A DNA stretch of 38,912 bases from Geobacter sp. GTDB lineage: Bacteria; Myxococcota_A; UBA9160; JADFDR01. Below are positions 28,506 to 38,201 of this stretch, in pieces. The stretch is from contig JADFDR010000003.1 in assembly GCA_018262735.1 (NCBI GenBank), positions 1 to 38,912 of the forward strand, in the 5' to 3' direction. The notes under the pieces were generated by a model. It saw nothing but the letters and a program-made list of their open reading frames with translations, ran no database searches and was not told the origin of the DNA. Position numbers and translations under genes: made by a program. Numbering within the stretch: position 1 is the stretch's first letter; each line of letters begins with the position of its first letter.

Positions 28506-29765
28506 TTATCCCTCCCGGCGGATGTCCGCCCCCAAACTCTTCAACTTTTCTTCGATGCGTTCATAGCCGCGATCGATGTGATACACGCGATGCACCGTCG
28601 TCTCACCCTCAGCAGCAAGGGCTGCCACCAAAAGTCCCGCCGATGCACGTAAATCGGTCGCCATCACCGGCGCACCCATCAACTTCGCACCACCGCGCAA
28701 ATGCGCCGAACGACCGTCGAGCGTGATGTCGGCTCCGAGCCGCTGCAACTCGGGCACATGCATGAAACGATTCTCAAAAACTTTTTCTGTCACCACGCTC
28801 GAACCTTCGGCGACAAGCAAAAGCGCCATGATTTGCGCCTGCATGTCCGTTGCAAATCCCGGATACGGCGCTGTCGTCACATGCGTTCCGTGCAAACCAT
28901 TCGGCACACGCGCGCGAATCGAATCGCCTTGCACGGTGATCTCAACTCCGATCTCGCGCAATTTTTCGAGCGTTGCCCCCATGGTTTCGGCGGAAGCACC
29001 GTGGATCCAAACATCTCCGTGAGTCACTGCAGCAGCACAAAGAAGTGTTCCCGCTTCGATACGATCACCTGCAACACAATGCTCGACGCCGTGCAGACGT
29101 TCGACTCCACGAATCACGATCCGCGCCGTACCTTCCCCTTCAATGTCCGCGCCCATCTTGCGCAAGACCTCGACCAACTCGACCACTTCGGGTTCACGCG
29201 CCGCGTTTTCGAGCACGGTCTCGCCCTTTGCAAGCGTCGCCGCCATCATCACGTTCTGCGTCCCATTCACCGTCGTAATATCGAACGAAAAATTGACACC
29301 GACGAGCGGAGCACCGCTCACTTCCACGTAGCCGTGATCGAGATGCGTTTTTCCTCCAAGTGCTTCAATCCCTTTCAGATGCTGATCGATAGGGCGCACG
29401 CCGATGGCACAACCGCCGGGCTCCGACACGCGCGCTTGGCCAAAGCGTGTTACGAGCGGACCAAGCACCATGAACGAGGCACGCATTTTGCGCACGAGAT
29501 CATACGGCGCTTCATAACGGCAAACCGTCGAAGCGTTAATTCGAACCGCGTGCGAATCTTGAGGATCCCAACCGGCCTTCGCACCGAGTGCCTCGAAAAT
29601 CGCAAGCAAACCATCGACGTCGCGCACGCGCGGAACATTGCGCAGCACGACTTCATCGTCGGTGAGAAGCGCCGCCGCCATCAACGCAAGCGTCGAGTTT
29701 TTCGACCCGGAAAGAGTCACTTCGCCGGTCAAGCGGCGACCTCCGCGGACAACGATACGATCCAT
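28506..29765 (-). CDS. murA: UDP-N-acetylglucosamine 1-carboxyvinyltransferase
   Basis: Motifs SGSKNS, PGGCAIGVRP, ENAAREPE, DLRASAG and HIDRGYE. Confidence 0.97.
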   Translation of the reverse strand: MDRIVVRGGRRLTGEVTLSGSKNSTLALMAAALLTDDEVVLRNVPRVRDVDGLLAIFEALGAKAGWDPQDSHAVRINASTVCRYEAPYDLVRKMRASFMVLGPLVTRFGQARVSEPGGCAIGVRPIDQHLKGIEALGGKTHLDHGYVEVSGAPLVGVNFSFDITTVNGTQNVMMAATLAKGETVLENAAREPEVVELVEVLRKMGADIEGEGTARIVIRGVERLHGVEHCVAGDRIEAGTLLCAAAVTHGDVWIHGASAETMGATLEKLREIGVEITVQGDSIRARVPNGLHGTHVTTAPYPGFATDMQAQIMALLLVAEGSSVVTEKVFENRFMHVPELQRLGADITLDGRSAHLRGGAKLMGAPVMATDLRASAGLLVAALAAEGETTVHRVYHIDRGYERIEEKLKSLGADIRREG

Positions 29766-29853
29766 GTTTCACTACTTTCCGAATGAGGTGATTTTCGTTT
29801 TCGAGGTAATCGCAGCGCTTCTCGTCAAATCCCCTTCGGGAAGCGCATCTAGC

Positions 29854-30891
29854 CTACACCGACTCCGGATTCCGTGCTGCCACAACTCGAGCGCGCCCCG
29901 CTAAGTCTTTCAAAATTCTTACATTCACAAAACCAGTTTCCTGCAAAAACTCTTGCATGCTTCGAGCCTGTTCGGGCGCAAACTCGAGCGCAATTTCACC
30001 TCCCGCCACCAAGTATTTCGGAGCCTCGACTGCAATTTTTTGCAACGCCTCGAATCCCGTCGTACCCGCAAAGAGAGCTTTGCGCGGCTCATGTGCAAGC
30101 TCCGGTGCGAGAGTCGCCGCTTCGCTTTCCGCCAAATACGGTGGATTGGAAACAATCAAATCAAAAACCTCGCCCGAGAGCGCCGAGAACCAATCGCTTT
30201 CGAGGAAACGCATGCGCTCGCTCAAGCCAAGTGTTTGCGCATTGGTACGTGCAACTTCGAGTGCGGCAAGCGAGATATCCGTCGCTGTAATCTGGACACG
30301 GGGTCGCTCGCTTGCAATCGCGAGTGCAACCGCGCCGCTCCCCGTGCCAAGATCGAGCACGCGATACGGTCGATCGCGATCGCGCAAAAAATCGAGCGCC
30401 TCCATCACGAGTGTTTCCGTATCGGGCCGTGGCGTGAGCACCGCCGGCGTGACGCGCAACGAAAGCGACCAAAATTCTTTTTGCCCCATGAGCAAGGAAA
30501 CCGGCACGCGTTCGCGCGCGCGCCGCTGCACGAGTTCGCGAAATCGTGCGCGCTCGGCTTCCATCACCGGTTTTTCGAAATCAAGATACACACGAAGACG
30601 ATCACACTGAAGTGCGTATGCCAAAAGACACTCTGCGTCGAGACGCGGACTTTCGATTCCACAGTCTTGAAAATACTGCGTCGTCCAGCGCAAAAGCTCG
30701 AGCACCGTCCAGTTTTTCGAACTAGGCTGCGAACCGGAATCCGATCGAGAAGATTGACTTGACACTTTATTGAGTCGGGAGGTCGGCTCGTGTCGTGTGG
30801 AAGAATGGTCCCACGTTCTCGTTGGAGTAGATCGCAGCGTTTTGGGTTGCTCGTCCGACGGAGGATCCGATGGTTTCTCGGAATCGCTCAC
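29854..30891 (-). CDS. prmC: Release factor glutamine methyltransferase
   Basis: Motifs [20 protein letters not shown] and VSNPPY; GTG start coupled to the prfA stop (GTGA). Confidence 0.95.
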   Translation of the reverse strand: MSDSEKPSDPPSDEQPKTLRSTPTRTWDHSSTRHEPTSRLNKVSSQSSRSDSGSQPSSKNWTVLELLRWTTQYFQDCGIESPRLDAECLLAYALQCDRLRVYLDFEKPVMEAERARFRELVQRRARERVPVSLLMGQKEFWSLSLRVTPAVLTPRPDTETLVMEALDFLRDRDRPYRVLDLGTGSGAVALAIASERPRVQITATDISLAALEVARTNAQTLGLSERMRFLESDWFSALSGEVFDLIVSNPPYLAESEAATLAPELAHEPRKALFAGTTGFEALQKIAVEAPKYLVAGGEIALEFAPEQARSMQEFLQETGFVNVRILKDLAGRARVVAARNPESV

Positions 30892-31964
30892 AGATTTGCC
30901 TTCTTGCGTGCCTCGGCTGCGAAATGGCTCGCAACTCCGCCCAAAAGTTCGTCGAGATCTCCGGCCATGCAATTTTCAAGTGAATGCAACGTAACGCCAG
31001 CGCGGTGATCCGTGACACGAGATTGTGGAAAGTTGTAGGTGCGAATTCGCTCGCTGCGATCGCCGGTCCCCACTTGTGAGCGCCGCTCACTCGCACGCTC
31101 TGCATCGGCGCGTGCCTGTTCGGCTTCGAGAAGGCGTGAGCGCAAGACGCGCAGCGCCTTGGCCTTGTTCTTGTGCTGTGATTTTTCGTCTTGGCACTGC
31201 ACTTCGACGCCCGTCGGTAGATGTTTGATCCGCACGGCCGAATCTGTGGTATTGACGCTCTGCCCGCCTGGCCCCGAGGCGCGAAACACATCAATGCGTA
31301 GGTCTTCGGGCTTGATTTCAATATCCACTTCTTCGGCTTCCGGCAAAACCGCCACCGTCACCGTCGAAGTATGGATGCGCCCCTGCGCCTCGGTCGCGGG
31401 AACGCGCTGTACGCGGTGCACACCACGCTCGTACTTCATCTGACCAAACACGCCGCTGCCTTTGATCGAAAGAATCGCTTCTTTGGTCCCGCCGGCGTCG
31501 GCGTCGCTCAAAGAGAGAAGCTCTGTGCGCCAACCTTTGCGTTCGGCGTAGCGCGTGTACATGCGCAAAAGTTCGCCCGCGAAAAGCGCTGCTTCTTCAC
31601 CGCCCGCACCGGCGCGAATTTCAAGAATGACATCGCGCGCGTCCGTCGGATCTTTGGGAATCAGGAGCAGTTCGATTTGCACTTCGAGCGCTTCGCACTC
31701 GGTCGTAAGACGCTGCATCTCGGCCTTGGCGAGCTCACGAAGCTCGGCATCCGATTCGCCAAGCATGGCTTTCGCGCCCTCGAGTTCGTGAATCAAAACC
31801 CGATACCGCTGCGTCGCATCGAGAATTGGGCGCAATTCGGCGAGATTTCTCCCAATTTTCGCAAAGTCTGCCGAACCACCGGCAAGCGAAGGATCGGCAA
31901 GTTGCTCTTCGAGCGCGCGCGCACGCGCTTCAATTTCGGCAAGGCGTTCGAGCAGAATCGACAT
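30888..31964 (-). CDS. prfA: Peptide chain release factor 1
   Basis: GGQ motif (SGPGGQSVN), RF1-type PAT tripeptide (RVPATE) and IRTYNFPQ. Confidence 0.98.
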   Translation of the reverse strand: MSILLERLAEIEARARALEEQLADPSLAGGSADFAKIGRNLAELRPILDATQRYRVLIHELEGAKAMLGESDAELRELAKAEMQRLTTECEALEVQIELLLIPKDPTDARDVILEIRAGAGGEEAALFAGELLRMYTRYAERKGWRTELLSLSDADAGGTKEAILSIKGSGVFGQMKYERGVHRVQRVPATEAQGRIHTSTVTVAVLPEAEEVDIEIKPEDLRIDVFRASGPGGQSVNTTDSAVRIKHLPTGVEVQCQDEKSQHKNKAKALRVLRSRLLEAEQARADAERASERRSQVGTGDRSERIRTYNFPQSRVTDHRAGVTLHSLENCMAGDLDELLGGVASHFAAEARKKANL

Positions 31965-32044
31965 CGGTCATCTCACTCCGGCGCAGGTCCAGAGTCGGAA
32001 AATCTCGAGGCAGGAAGAGAACGTCGAGGCAGAGGTCGCCGCGC

Positions 32045-32245
32045 TTACTTCTTCGTGTAGCGGCGCTTGAACTTCTCCACCTTACCGGCCGTATCAATCA
32101 GCTTTTGTTTGCCGGTGAAAAACGGATGGCAAGAGGAACAAATTTCGACGCGAATTTCCGGCAGTGTGGAACGAGTCTCCCACTGCTGACCGCATGCACA
32201 GTGAACCTGCACGGTTTGATATTGAGGATGAATTTCAGGCTTCAT
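32045..32245 (-). CDS. rpmE: 50S ribosomal protein L31 (zinc-binding C+ type)
   Basis: MKPEIHPQY...CACG...[13 protein letters not shown]. Confidence 0.97.
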   Translation of the reverse strand: MKPEIHPQYQTVQVHCACGQQWETRSTLPEIRVEICSSCHPFFTGKQKLIDTAGKVEKFKRRYTKK

Positions 32246-32315
32246 AATTGGGGCCTTCTAATAGCCTACTCGCTCCGGTTCGACAAGCTCGAAATCCGGA
32301 CGGCGGAGCAAACGG

Positions 32316-33764
32316 TTAAGAGTTCATCGACTTCAAAAAGTCTTCGTTGTTTTCTGTAGCCTTGATCTTCTCGAGCAAAAATTCCATGGAGTCGACCGGG
32401 TTGAGCGGCGCAAGCACCTTGCGCAGGATGTACATGCGGCTGAGCGTATTTTCACCAAGAAGCAGATCTTCTCGGCGCGTCGCCGATTTGCTGATGTCGA
32501 TCGCCGGATAAGTACGGCGCTCGGCAAGCTTGCGGTCGAGCACGATTTCCGAATTGCCCGTACCTTTGAACTCTTCGAAGATCACTTCGTCCATTCGCGA
32601 TCCGGTATCAATCAGCGCCGTACCCACGATCGTAAGGCTGCCGCCCTCTTCCACGTTTCGCGCGGCACCAAAGAAGCGCTTCGGTTTGTGGAGTGCGTTC
32701 GAATCGACGCCGCCCGAAAGAATTTTTCCTGAGTGCGGCACCACCGTGTTGTAGGCGCGCGCAAGTCGCGTGATCGAGTCGAGCAAGATCACGACATCGC
32801 GCTTGTGCTCGACGAGCCGCTTCGCTTTTTCGATCACCATCTCCGCCACTTGAACGTGTCGGGCGGCCGGCTCATCGAACGTCGACGAAATCACTTCCGC
32901 CTTCACGGTGCGCAGCATATCCGTCACTTCTTCGGGTCGCTCGTCGATCAACAACACGATCAAGAACACTTCCGGATGCGCAGTGCTGATCGCATTCGCA
33001 ATGTCTTTCAAGAGCATGGTCTTGCCGGCCTTCGGCGGCGACGGAATCAGCGCACGCTGGCCTTTGCCGATCGGCGCCACCAAGTCGATGATCCGCGTCG
33101 TGAGTCCCGCACCCTTGTAAGCCAGGTTAAACTTTTCCTGCGGATAGAGCGGCGTGAGATTGTCGAAGAAAATTTTACGTCGGCTTGCAAGCGGTGACTC
33201 AAAATTGATTGAACCGACTTTCAACAACGCAAAATAACGCTCGCCTTCTTTCGGAGAACGAATCTGTCCCTGAACGGTGTCACCCGTACGTAAACCAAAA
33301 CGTCGAATCTGCGACGGAGAAACATAAACATCATCGGGGCCGGGCAAATAATTTTGATCCGGCGCGCGCAAGAATCCAAATCCATCCGGCAAACATTCGA
33401 GCACGCCGTCGGCATAAACACGTTCGTCACCTTCGCTCTTGGCTTTGAGCACATTGAAAATCAAATCTTGCTTGCGCATCCCCGTTGCGCCTTCAATGTT
33501 GAAGCGCTCGGCGAGTTCCGTCAGTTCTTCCATCGACTTGTTTTTGAGATCGCGGACATACACGCGCTTGCTCGGATCGGATTCCTCTTCGGTATCGATT
33601 TCTTCGTCGGAAATGTCATACATCTCCGGCCCACGATCCTGGCGGCCCATATTGCCACCGCGTCCACCACCACTACGGCGACGCCCGCCATTGCGACGAT
33701 TGCCTCGATTCATCGAGTTGTCGTTCGAGTCGCTTCCTCTTCTGGGGCTCAAATTTTTCCTCAC
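32316..33764 (-). CDS. rho: Transcription termination factor Rho
   Basis: Motifs [36 protein letters not shown] and FEEFKGTGN. The start may be TTG 33752 (GAGGA upstream) or ATG 33713. Confidence 0.98.
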   Translation of the reverse strand: MRKNLSPRRGSDSNDNSMNRGNRRNGGRRRSGGGRGGNMGRQDRGPEMYDISDEEIDTEEESDPSKRVYVRDLKNKSMEELTELAERFNIEGATGMRKQDLIFNVLKAKSEGDERVYADGVLECLPDGFGFLRAPDQNYLPGPDDVYVSPSQIRRFGLRTGDTVQGQIRSPKEGERYFALLKVGSINFESPLASRRKIFFDNLTPLYPQEKFNLAYKGAGLTTRIIDLVAPIGKGQRALIPSPPKAGKTMLLKDIANAISTAHPEVFLIVLLIDERPEEVTDMLRTVKAEVISSTFDEPAARHVQVAEMVIEKAKRLVEHKRDVVILLDSITRLARAYNTVVPHSGKILSGGVDSNALHKPKRFFGAARNVEEGGSLTIVGTALIDTGSRMDEVIFEEFKGTGNSEIVLDRKLAERRTYPAIDISKSATRREDLLLGENTLSRMYILRKVLAPLNPVDSMEFLLEKIKATENNEDFLKSMNS

Positions 33765-34131
33765 TTCCTACATTTGGACTTTGTGTCATTACACATGAAA
33801 AAGATTTTTCAAAAATTGAATCGGCAGAGATTGGCCGTGCCGCGCGTTCGATTCGCTACAGAACGAAATACGGGGATGAGTAAGTCGGGAATACCCTTTT
33901 TGCTCGGACCAACGGTCCTTTTCATTGACCTTAAAAATGCTGCGCGAAATAAAATCTCGAATACGCCGGGACCGGCTACGAACAAATTCCTCGGAAAAAC
34001 TTTTTCTCCTGCAGCGCGCTCAATGCCTTACGGATCACGATGACCGACGAAGGAGCAAATTCGCGATGGGAGTCGTGCCCGAGAAAATCAAACCGGCACG
34101 AGTCCTAACCTATGCGGAGTCGAGCATCGTG

Positions 34132-34803
34132 TCAAGTCTCGTTCGCAGCTGCGATGAAATGCACAAGACGTCCTGTGCCTGCACCATCGCGACGATAGGA
34201 ATAAAATCGTGTCGGATTGCACGCCGTGCATGCGTCGGAAATTCGACCGATGCATTGCCGATCAAGTCCAAAACGCGAGAGTTCTTGCACTGCAAGAAGT
34301 CCCAAATCAAGCTGCACATGCTCGGAACGAGATGCATCACGCATATGCACAGCAGCTTGCCAATCCGGAAACCGCTTCCGCATCGCATCGAGCACCGGTG
34401 TATCGACCTCGTAGCAACACGGACCAATGTGTGGACCGATCACCGCACGCAACTTGTTTGCGTCCACTCCAAGATCCGAAAATGCATGCAGGGTTTGCTC
34501 CATCACACCGGCGGCAAGTCCACGCCATCCCGCATGCGCCGCAGCCACCACTTTCCCCGACACATCTGCAAACAACACAGGAACACAATCTGCTGTCACA
34601 ATACCAATACAAACACCAGGAAGTGTTGAAAGGATCGCGTCCGCTTCTCCCGCATTTTGTGCAGCTCGGTCGATGATGGCGACGCGCGTTCCGTGCACTT
34701 GCCGAGGGCGTAACAACCCGGACACTTCCTTCGCGGCAATCGTCCCAAAGCCATGCAAAACATGGACTTCCGTCAAAAGATCATGTGTCAAAAAACCTTT
34801 CAC
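34132..34803 (-). CDS. pgeF: Purine nucleoside phosphorylase / peptidoglycan editing factor (YfiH)
   Basis: Motifs QVHG, TADCVPV, AHAGWRG, IGPHIGPCCYEV and FYSYRR; coupled to rluD. Confidence 0.93.
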   Translation of the reverse strand: MKGFLTHDLLTEVHVLHGFGTIAAKEVSGLLRPRQVHGTRVAIIDRAAQNAGEADAILSTLPGVCIGIVTADCVPVLFADVSGKVVAAAHAGWRGLAAGVMEQTLHAFSDLGVDANKLRAVIGPHIGPCCYEVDTPVLDAMRKRFPDWQAAVHMRDASRSEHVQLDLGLLAVQELSRFGLDRQCIGRISDACTACNPTRFYSYRRDGAGTGRLVHFIAAANET

Positions 34804-35723
34804 GGCTGCTCTGCTCCATTCAACGTATCGAGCAACGTTTGAAAATCTTGGGGAACAGAAGCTTCAAACCTTTTTCGCTCGCCTGTACGTGGATGCACGA
34901 AACCCAGCACTTTGGCGTGCAATGCGGGCCGTGCGAGCAGTGCTCGTTTCGCATTGGTACGGCCATACACCGTATCTCCGACGAGCGGCAAGCCTGCCGA
35001 TGCAAGATGCACGCGAATTTGATGCGTACGACCCGTTTGCGGATACACCTCGAGCAACGTAATTCCACTTTGCGGAAAACGTCGCTTCACCTTCCAGCGC
35101 GTGTGCGCTGCACGGCCTGCACGCGTGCGCACCGACATTTTTTTGCGATCACGGAGATGTCGTCCGATCGGTCGATCGACTTCGCCCGTATCTTCTTTGG
35201 GTACACCACGCACGAGTGCCCAGTACATGCGATCGATCGAATGCAAGCGAAATTGCTCTGACAAAAATTGGTGTACATCGTCGCTTTTTGCCACGACAAG
35301 TACGCCGGATGTACCTCGATCAAGGCGATGCACGATCCCGGGCCGTTGCCCGCCACCGACAGCGGATAGGCTTTCTCCACAATGATGCAAAAGCGCGTTC
35401 ACGAGCGTACCCTGCGCATGACCCGGTGCAGGATGCACCACGATTCCCGCCGGCTTGTCGAGAACGATTAAATCCTCATCTTCATATAAGACTTGCAACG
35501 GAGTCGCTTCGGCTTTCACAGTCGAAGGTTCTTCTGCGACACGCTCCACTTGTACAATATCTCCGGAACACACGCGCTTGCTCACGCGCGCACGCTCACC
35601 GTTCAACAAAACTTGCCCGCTTTCGATCCAACGCTGCACCTGTGCACGCGGCGCCTGCAAAAACGATGCACATACGGCATCCAGACGCTGACCTTCTTCG
35701 TTTTGCGTAATCAAATGTTGCAT
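34800..35723 (-). CDS. rluD: RluA-family 23S rRNA pseudouridine synthase (RluD)
   Basis: S4 domain (QRLD), KPAGIVVHP, IVHRLDRGTSG and TGRTHQIRVH. ATG 35723 preferred because the ORF-track extension lies inside repeat copy F. Confidence 0.93.
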   Translation of the reverse strand: MQHLITQNEEGQRLDAVCASFLQAPRAQVQRWIESGQVLLNGERARVSKRVCSGDIVQVERVAEEPSTVKAEATPLQVLYEDEDLIVLDKPAGIVVHPAPGHAQGTLVNALLHHCGESLSAVGGGQRPGIVHRLDRGTSGVLVVAKSDDVHQFLSEQFRLHSIDRMYWALVRGVPKEDTGEVDRPIGRHLRDRKKMSVRTRAGRAAHTRWKVKRRFPQSGITLLEVYPQTGRTHQIRVHLASAGLPLVGDTVYGRTNAKRALLARPALHAKVLGFVHPRTGERKRFEASVPQDFQTLLDTLNGAEQP

Positions 35724-35725
35724 GA

Positions 35726-35834
35726 GGTTCCTCGGATTCATTCGCTTTCGAAATGCAACTTGATTTTTCACCGACGGAAAACATCAAACCTGGTTCGCGA
35801 AAATACTCGAAAAATGGAATGGACTAGAGGTTCC
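35726..35834 (+). mobile_element. MITE-like repeat, copy F
   Basis: GGTTCCTCGGATTCATTCGC...TGATTTTTCACCGACGGAAAACATCA...TGGAATGGACTAGAGGTTCC. Confidence 0.85.
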
Positions 35835-35878
35835 ATAAACAAAGGTGAGCCTGCGGGAGGAGGCAACACCGAAGTGCG

Positions 35879-36517
35879 TCATCCAATTTTACGTGGAATG
35901 GCGCTCTGACGCGCCCTCTCGCAACGCTGCATATAACTCGGTACGACCTGCTTCGGATCGAGTCCAATACAACGTGCGTAAGCGTCGACGAAACCGCGTA
36001 GGTACACTGTTGCAGGTAAGGCATCGAAACGATCGGCTTCGAGAAATTGCAACATCGTAGAACTCACCTTGGTAAGCACCGCCACGTCTTCAATCTCGAT
36101 GCCGCGACCAATACGATTGCGACGCAAACGCGGTCCATCCCAAACCGATTCTTCCGCATCGTCAAAATGCACCAACTCGTCGAGCTGAGAACTGGCCTCC
36201 GCGGTCGAGAGCGAAGAAACGAGCGCCGACGGACGAAGCCCGAAAGTTCGCGGTGGCAAAGTCGCGAGTTCCGCGTCTGCCGGCAGAGTCTGATCGTATT
36301 CCGCACGCACTGCTGCATCCGACAAAACGTTGTAGGCGCGCTCGATCTGCGTACGCTGCTCTTTCAACTCCTTTTCGTCGAAGAGCGAATACATCGCAAC
36401 CGATCCTTCGGCGTAGGCGACCTTGGCAAGGCGATACGCACGTTCAACCTCGGCCGGAGTCGCTTGCCGTGAAATTTCGAGGACTTCGTAATGCGTTTGT
36501 TCAGTCAGCGCTTTCAT
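35879..36517 (-). CDS. DnaJ-like N-terminal domain (no HPD) plus RodZ-type helix-turn-helix protein
   Basis: THYEVLEISRQAT...AYNVLSD...RAEYD is J-like; GPRLRRNR...LPATVYLRGFVDAYARCIGLD resembles the RodZ-type HTH. Confidence 0.8.
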   Translation of the reverse strand: MKALTEQTHYEVLEISRQATPAEVERAYRLAKVAYAEGSVAMYSLFDEKELKEQRTQIERAYNVLSDAAVRAEYDQTLPADAELATLPPRTFGLRPSALVSSLSTAEASSQLDELVHFDDAEESVWDGPRLRRNRIGRGIEIEDVAVLTKVSSTMLQFLEADRFDALPATVYLRGFVDAYARCIGLDPKQVVPSYMQRCERARQSAIPRKIG

Positions 36518-37511
36518 AATTCTCCGCAACCTGCACTTTGGGCAAAGACGGCGCGAGTGCGGCGTGCTCGACGAGAACGGCAGCGATCTTGCGTGCCATA
36601 CGACCGATGCAAACCGCTGCATCCGAGCGAGGAAAGGCTTCCACGAAAGGACGTCCTGCCGTCACAGCTTTGCGTACGGCAGTATCTTCGTTGACATAGC
36701 CAAGATACTCGGCGTCGATCCCAAAATATTTTTGACATGCGCTGCGCACCGCGAAACCAAGGCGAACTTCCTCCGCCGAAAGCACATGATTCACAACGAG
36801 CCTCGGTCGAAACGCGCGCTGTGCTTCTTCGATTTTTTCGGCCTCTTGCGGTTCTTTTGCGACGATTTCGCGCAACAAATCATAGGGGCTGCGAATGCCA
36901 AGATCGTTGCGTTGATCCATGGCATCCGTCACCAAAGTGCGTATGGTTTCACTGCTCACAGCCGAACGAATGCAACGATAAAAGGCCGCACGCAAAAATC
37001 CGTAGGCATTCTCGATGGAAGTTGGCTCGGGCGTCATCACGATCACGCCGTCGTCGGCAGCCAAAAAATAATCCATCAGCGCCGGCTGCATACCCGCTCC
37101 GAGATCGAGCAAAATCACATCCGCGCGAAGCTTGCGCAGATCTTTCAAAAAACGCACACGTTGAAAATGACCGGGCTGCGCCGAAGCCAAGTTCGCATGC
37201 GTCGCGGCAATGAGATGCAAACGCGGAATCGCCGTATCCAAAACCAATTTCGCAAGATCTTTCTCACGATACGCAATGAAATCCGCAAGACTCGTCGAGG
37301 GATTCCCTACACCAAGAACTGTATGTAAATTCGCGCCATCGAGATCCGCATCGACCACAATCACTTCGTGCCCAAGTCGCGCGAGCGCCACGGCGAGATT
37401 CACGACGAAGAACGTTTTCCCGACACCGCCTTTTCCTCCGCCCACGGCGATGATTCGCGGAGTCTTCTCCGTCGAGCAAAACGGCAAACTTCCTTGCTCG
37501 TCGTGATCCAA
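36501..37511 (-). CDS. MinD/FlhG(YlxH)-like P-loop ATPase
   Basis: Deviant Walker A GGKGGVGKT, plus VDADLDGANL, LLDLGAG and TPEPTSIENAY; GAGGA ribosome-binding site before TTG. Confidence 0.9.
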   Translation of the reverse strand: MDHDEQGSLPFCSTEKTPRIIAVGGGKGGVGKTFFVVNLAVALARLGHEVIVVDADLDGANLHTVLGVGNPSTSLADFIAYREKDLAKLVLDTAIPRLHLIAATHANLASAQPGHFQRVRFLKDLRKLRADVILLDLGAGMQPALMDYFLAADDGVIVMTPEPTSIENAYGFLRAAFYRCIRSAVSSETIRTLVTDAMDQRNDLGIRSPYDLLREIVAKEPQEAEKIEEAQRAFRPRLVVNHVLSAEEVRLGFAVRSACQKYFGIDAEYLGYVNEDTAVRKAVTAGRPFVEAFPRSDAAVCIGRMARKIAAVLVEHAALAPSLPKVQVAENYESAD

Positions 37512-37583
37512 CGTACTTTCCTCTCTGCTTCTTTTCTGCTTTGGTTTCGGGCTTGATTCGTGGCTGCGCTTGCGCGCGCGGCA

Positions 37584-38201
37584 TTATGCACGAGACGATT
37601 CAAAATTTACGTCGCTCATTTTGCGCTGTTCAACGACATGAAGGAAGGGTTGCCATTCCTTGTAGCGCACTTTTCCCGGAAAAGAATGCGCCCAGTGTGT
37701 CCAGCGCGGGCGAACTGGTCTTCGCAAAAGAGAGATGCGTGCTTGAGCAAGCGTGCGGCTGCCCTTGTTGCGATTGCACTCGAAACAACTCGCAACGATG
37801 TTCTCCCACGTCGTTTTTCCACCCAATGCACGCGGCACGACGTGATCGAGATTAAGTTCCGATTTGGGAAGCCTCACCCCACAGTACTGGCAGGTAAATC
37901 CATCTCGCACCAACACGTTCTGTCGGCTGAAACGGACATAGCGCTTCGGAACATGATCGTAGTGATCCAGTACGATGACCCGCGGCACACGGATCATCCC
38001 CTGCATCGTGCCGATGACTTCCCCTTCCAGACTTTGGATCTCGTCTGGCGACACACGCAACTCATAAAAATTGAAGGTTTGGAAATCTTCTCCGAGTGCC
38101 TTGGCAACTCCGCGATACAACAAGACAAAAGCTCTCTTGACCGATGTCAGGTGCACCGGCAGATAGGACCGATTCAGAACGAGTACATTCGAGTGAACCA
38201 T
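37584..38201 (-). CDS. HNH endonuclease (stand-alone)
   Basis: VLVLNRSYLP...RDGFTCQYCG...LDHVVPRALGGKTTWENIVASCFECNRNKG. Confidence 0.9.
   Translation of the reverse strand: MVHSNVLVLNRSYLPVHLTSVKRAFVLLYRGVAKALGEDFQTFNFYELRVSPDEIQSLEGEVIGTMQGMIRVPRVIVLDHYDHVPKRYVRFSRQNVLVRDGFTCQYCGVRLPKSELNLDHVVPRALGGKTTWENIVASCFECNRNKGSRTLAQARISLLRRPVRPRWTHWAHSFPGKVRYKEWQPFLHVVEQRKMSDVNFESSRA

Noticed and set aside
3002-35834. The recurring CACCGACGGAAAACA motif as a CRISPR repeat
   Set aside because: Copies are dispersed, in both orientations and embedded in ~110-bp homologous units; there is no regular repeat-spacer period and no cas gene
37584-38201. HNH protein as an RNA-guided (Cas9/IscB/HEARO) or homing nuclease
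   Set aside because: It is a small stand-alone HNH type with no RuvC motifs, and no associated array, intron or recognisable ncRNA
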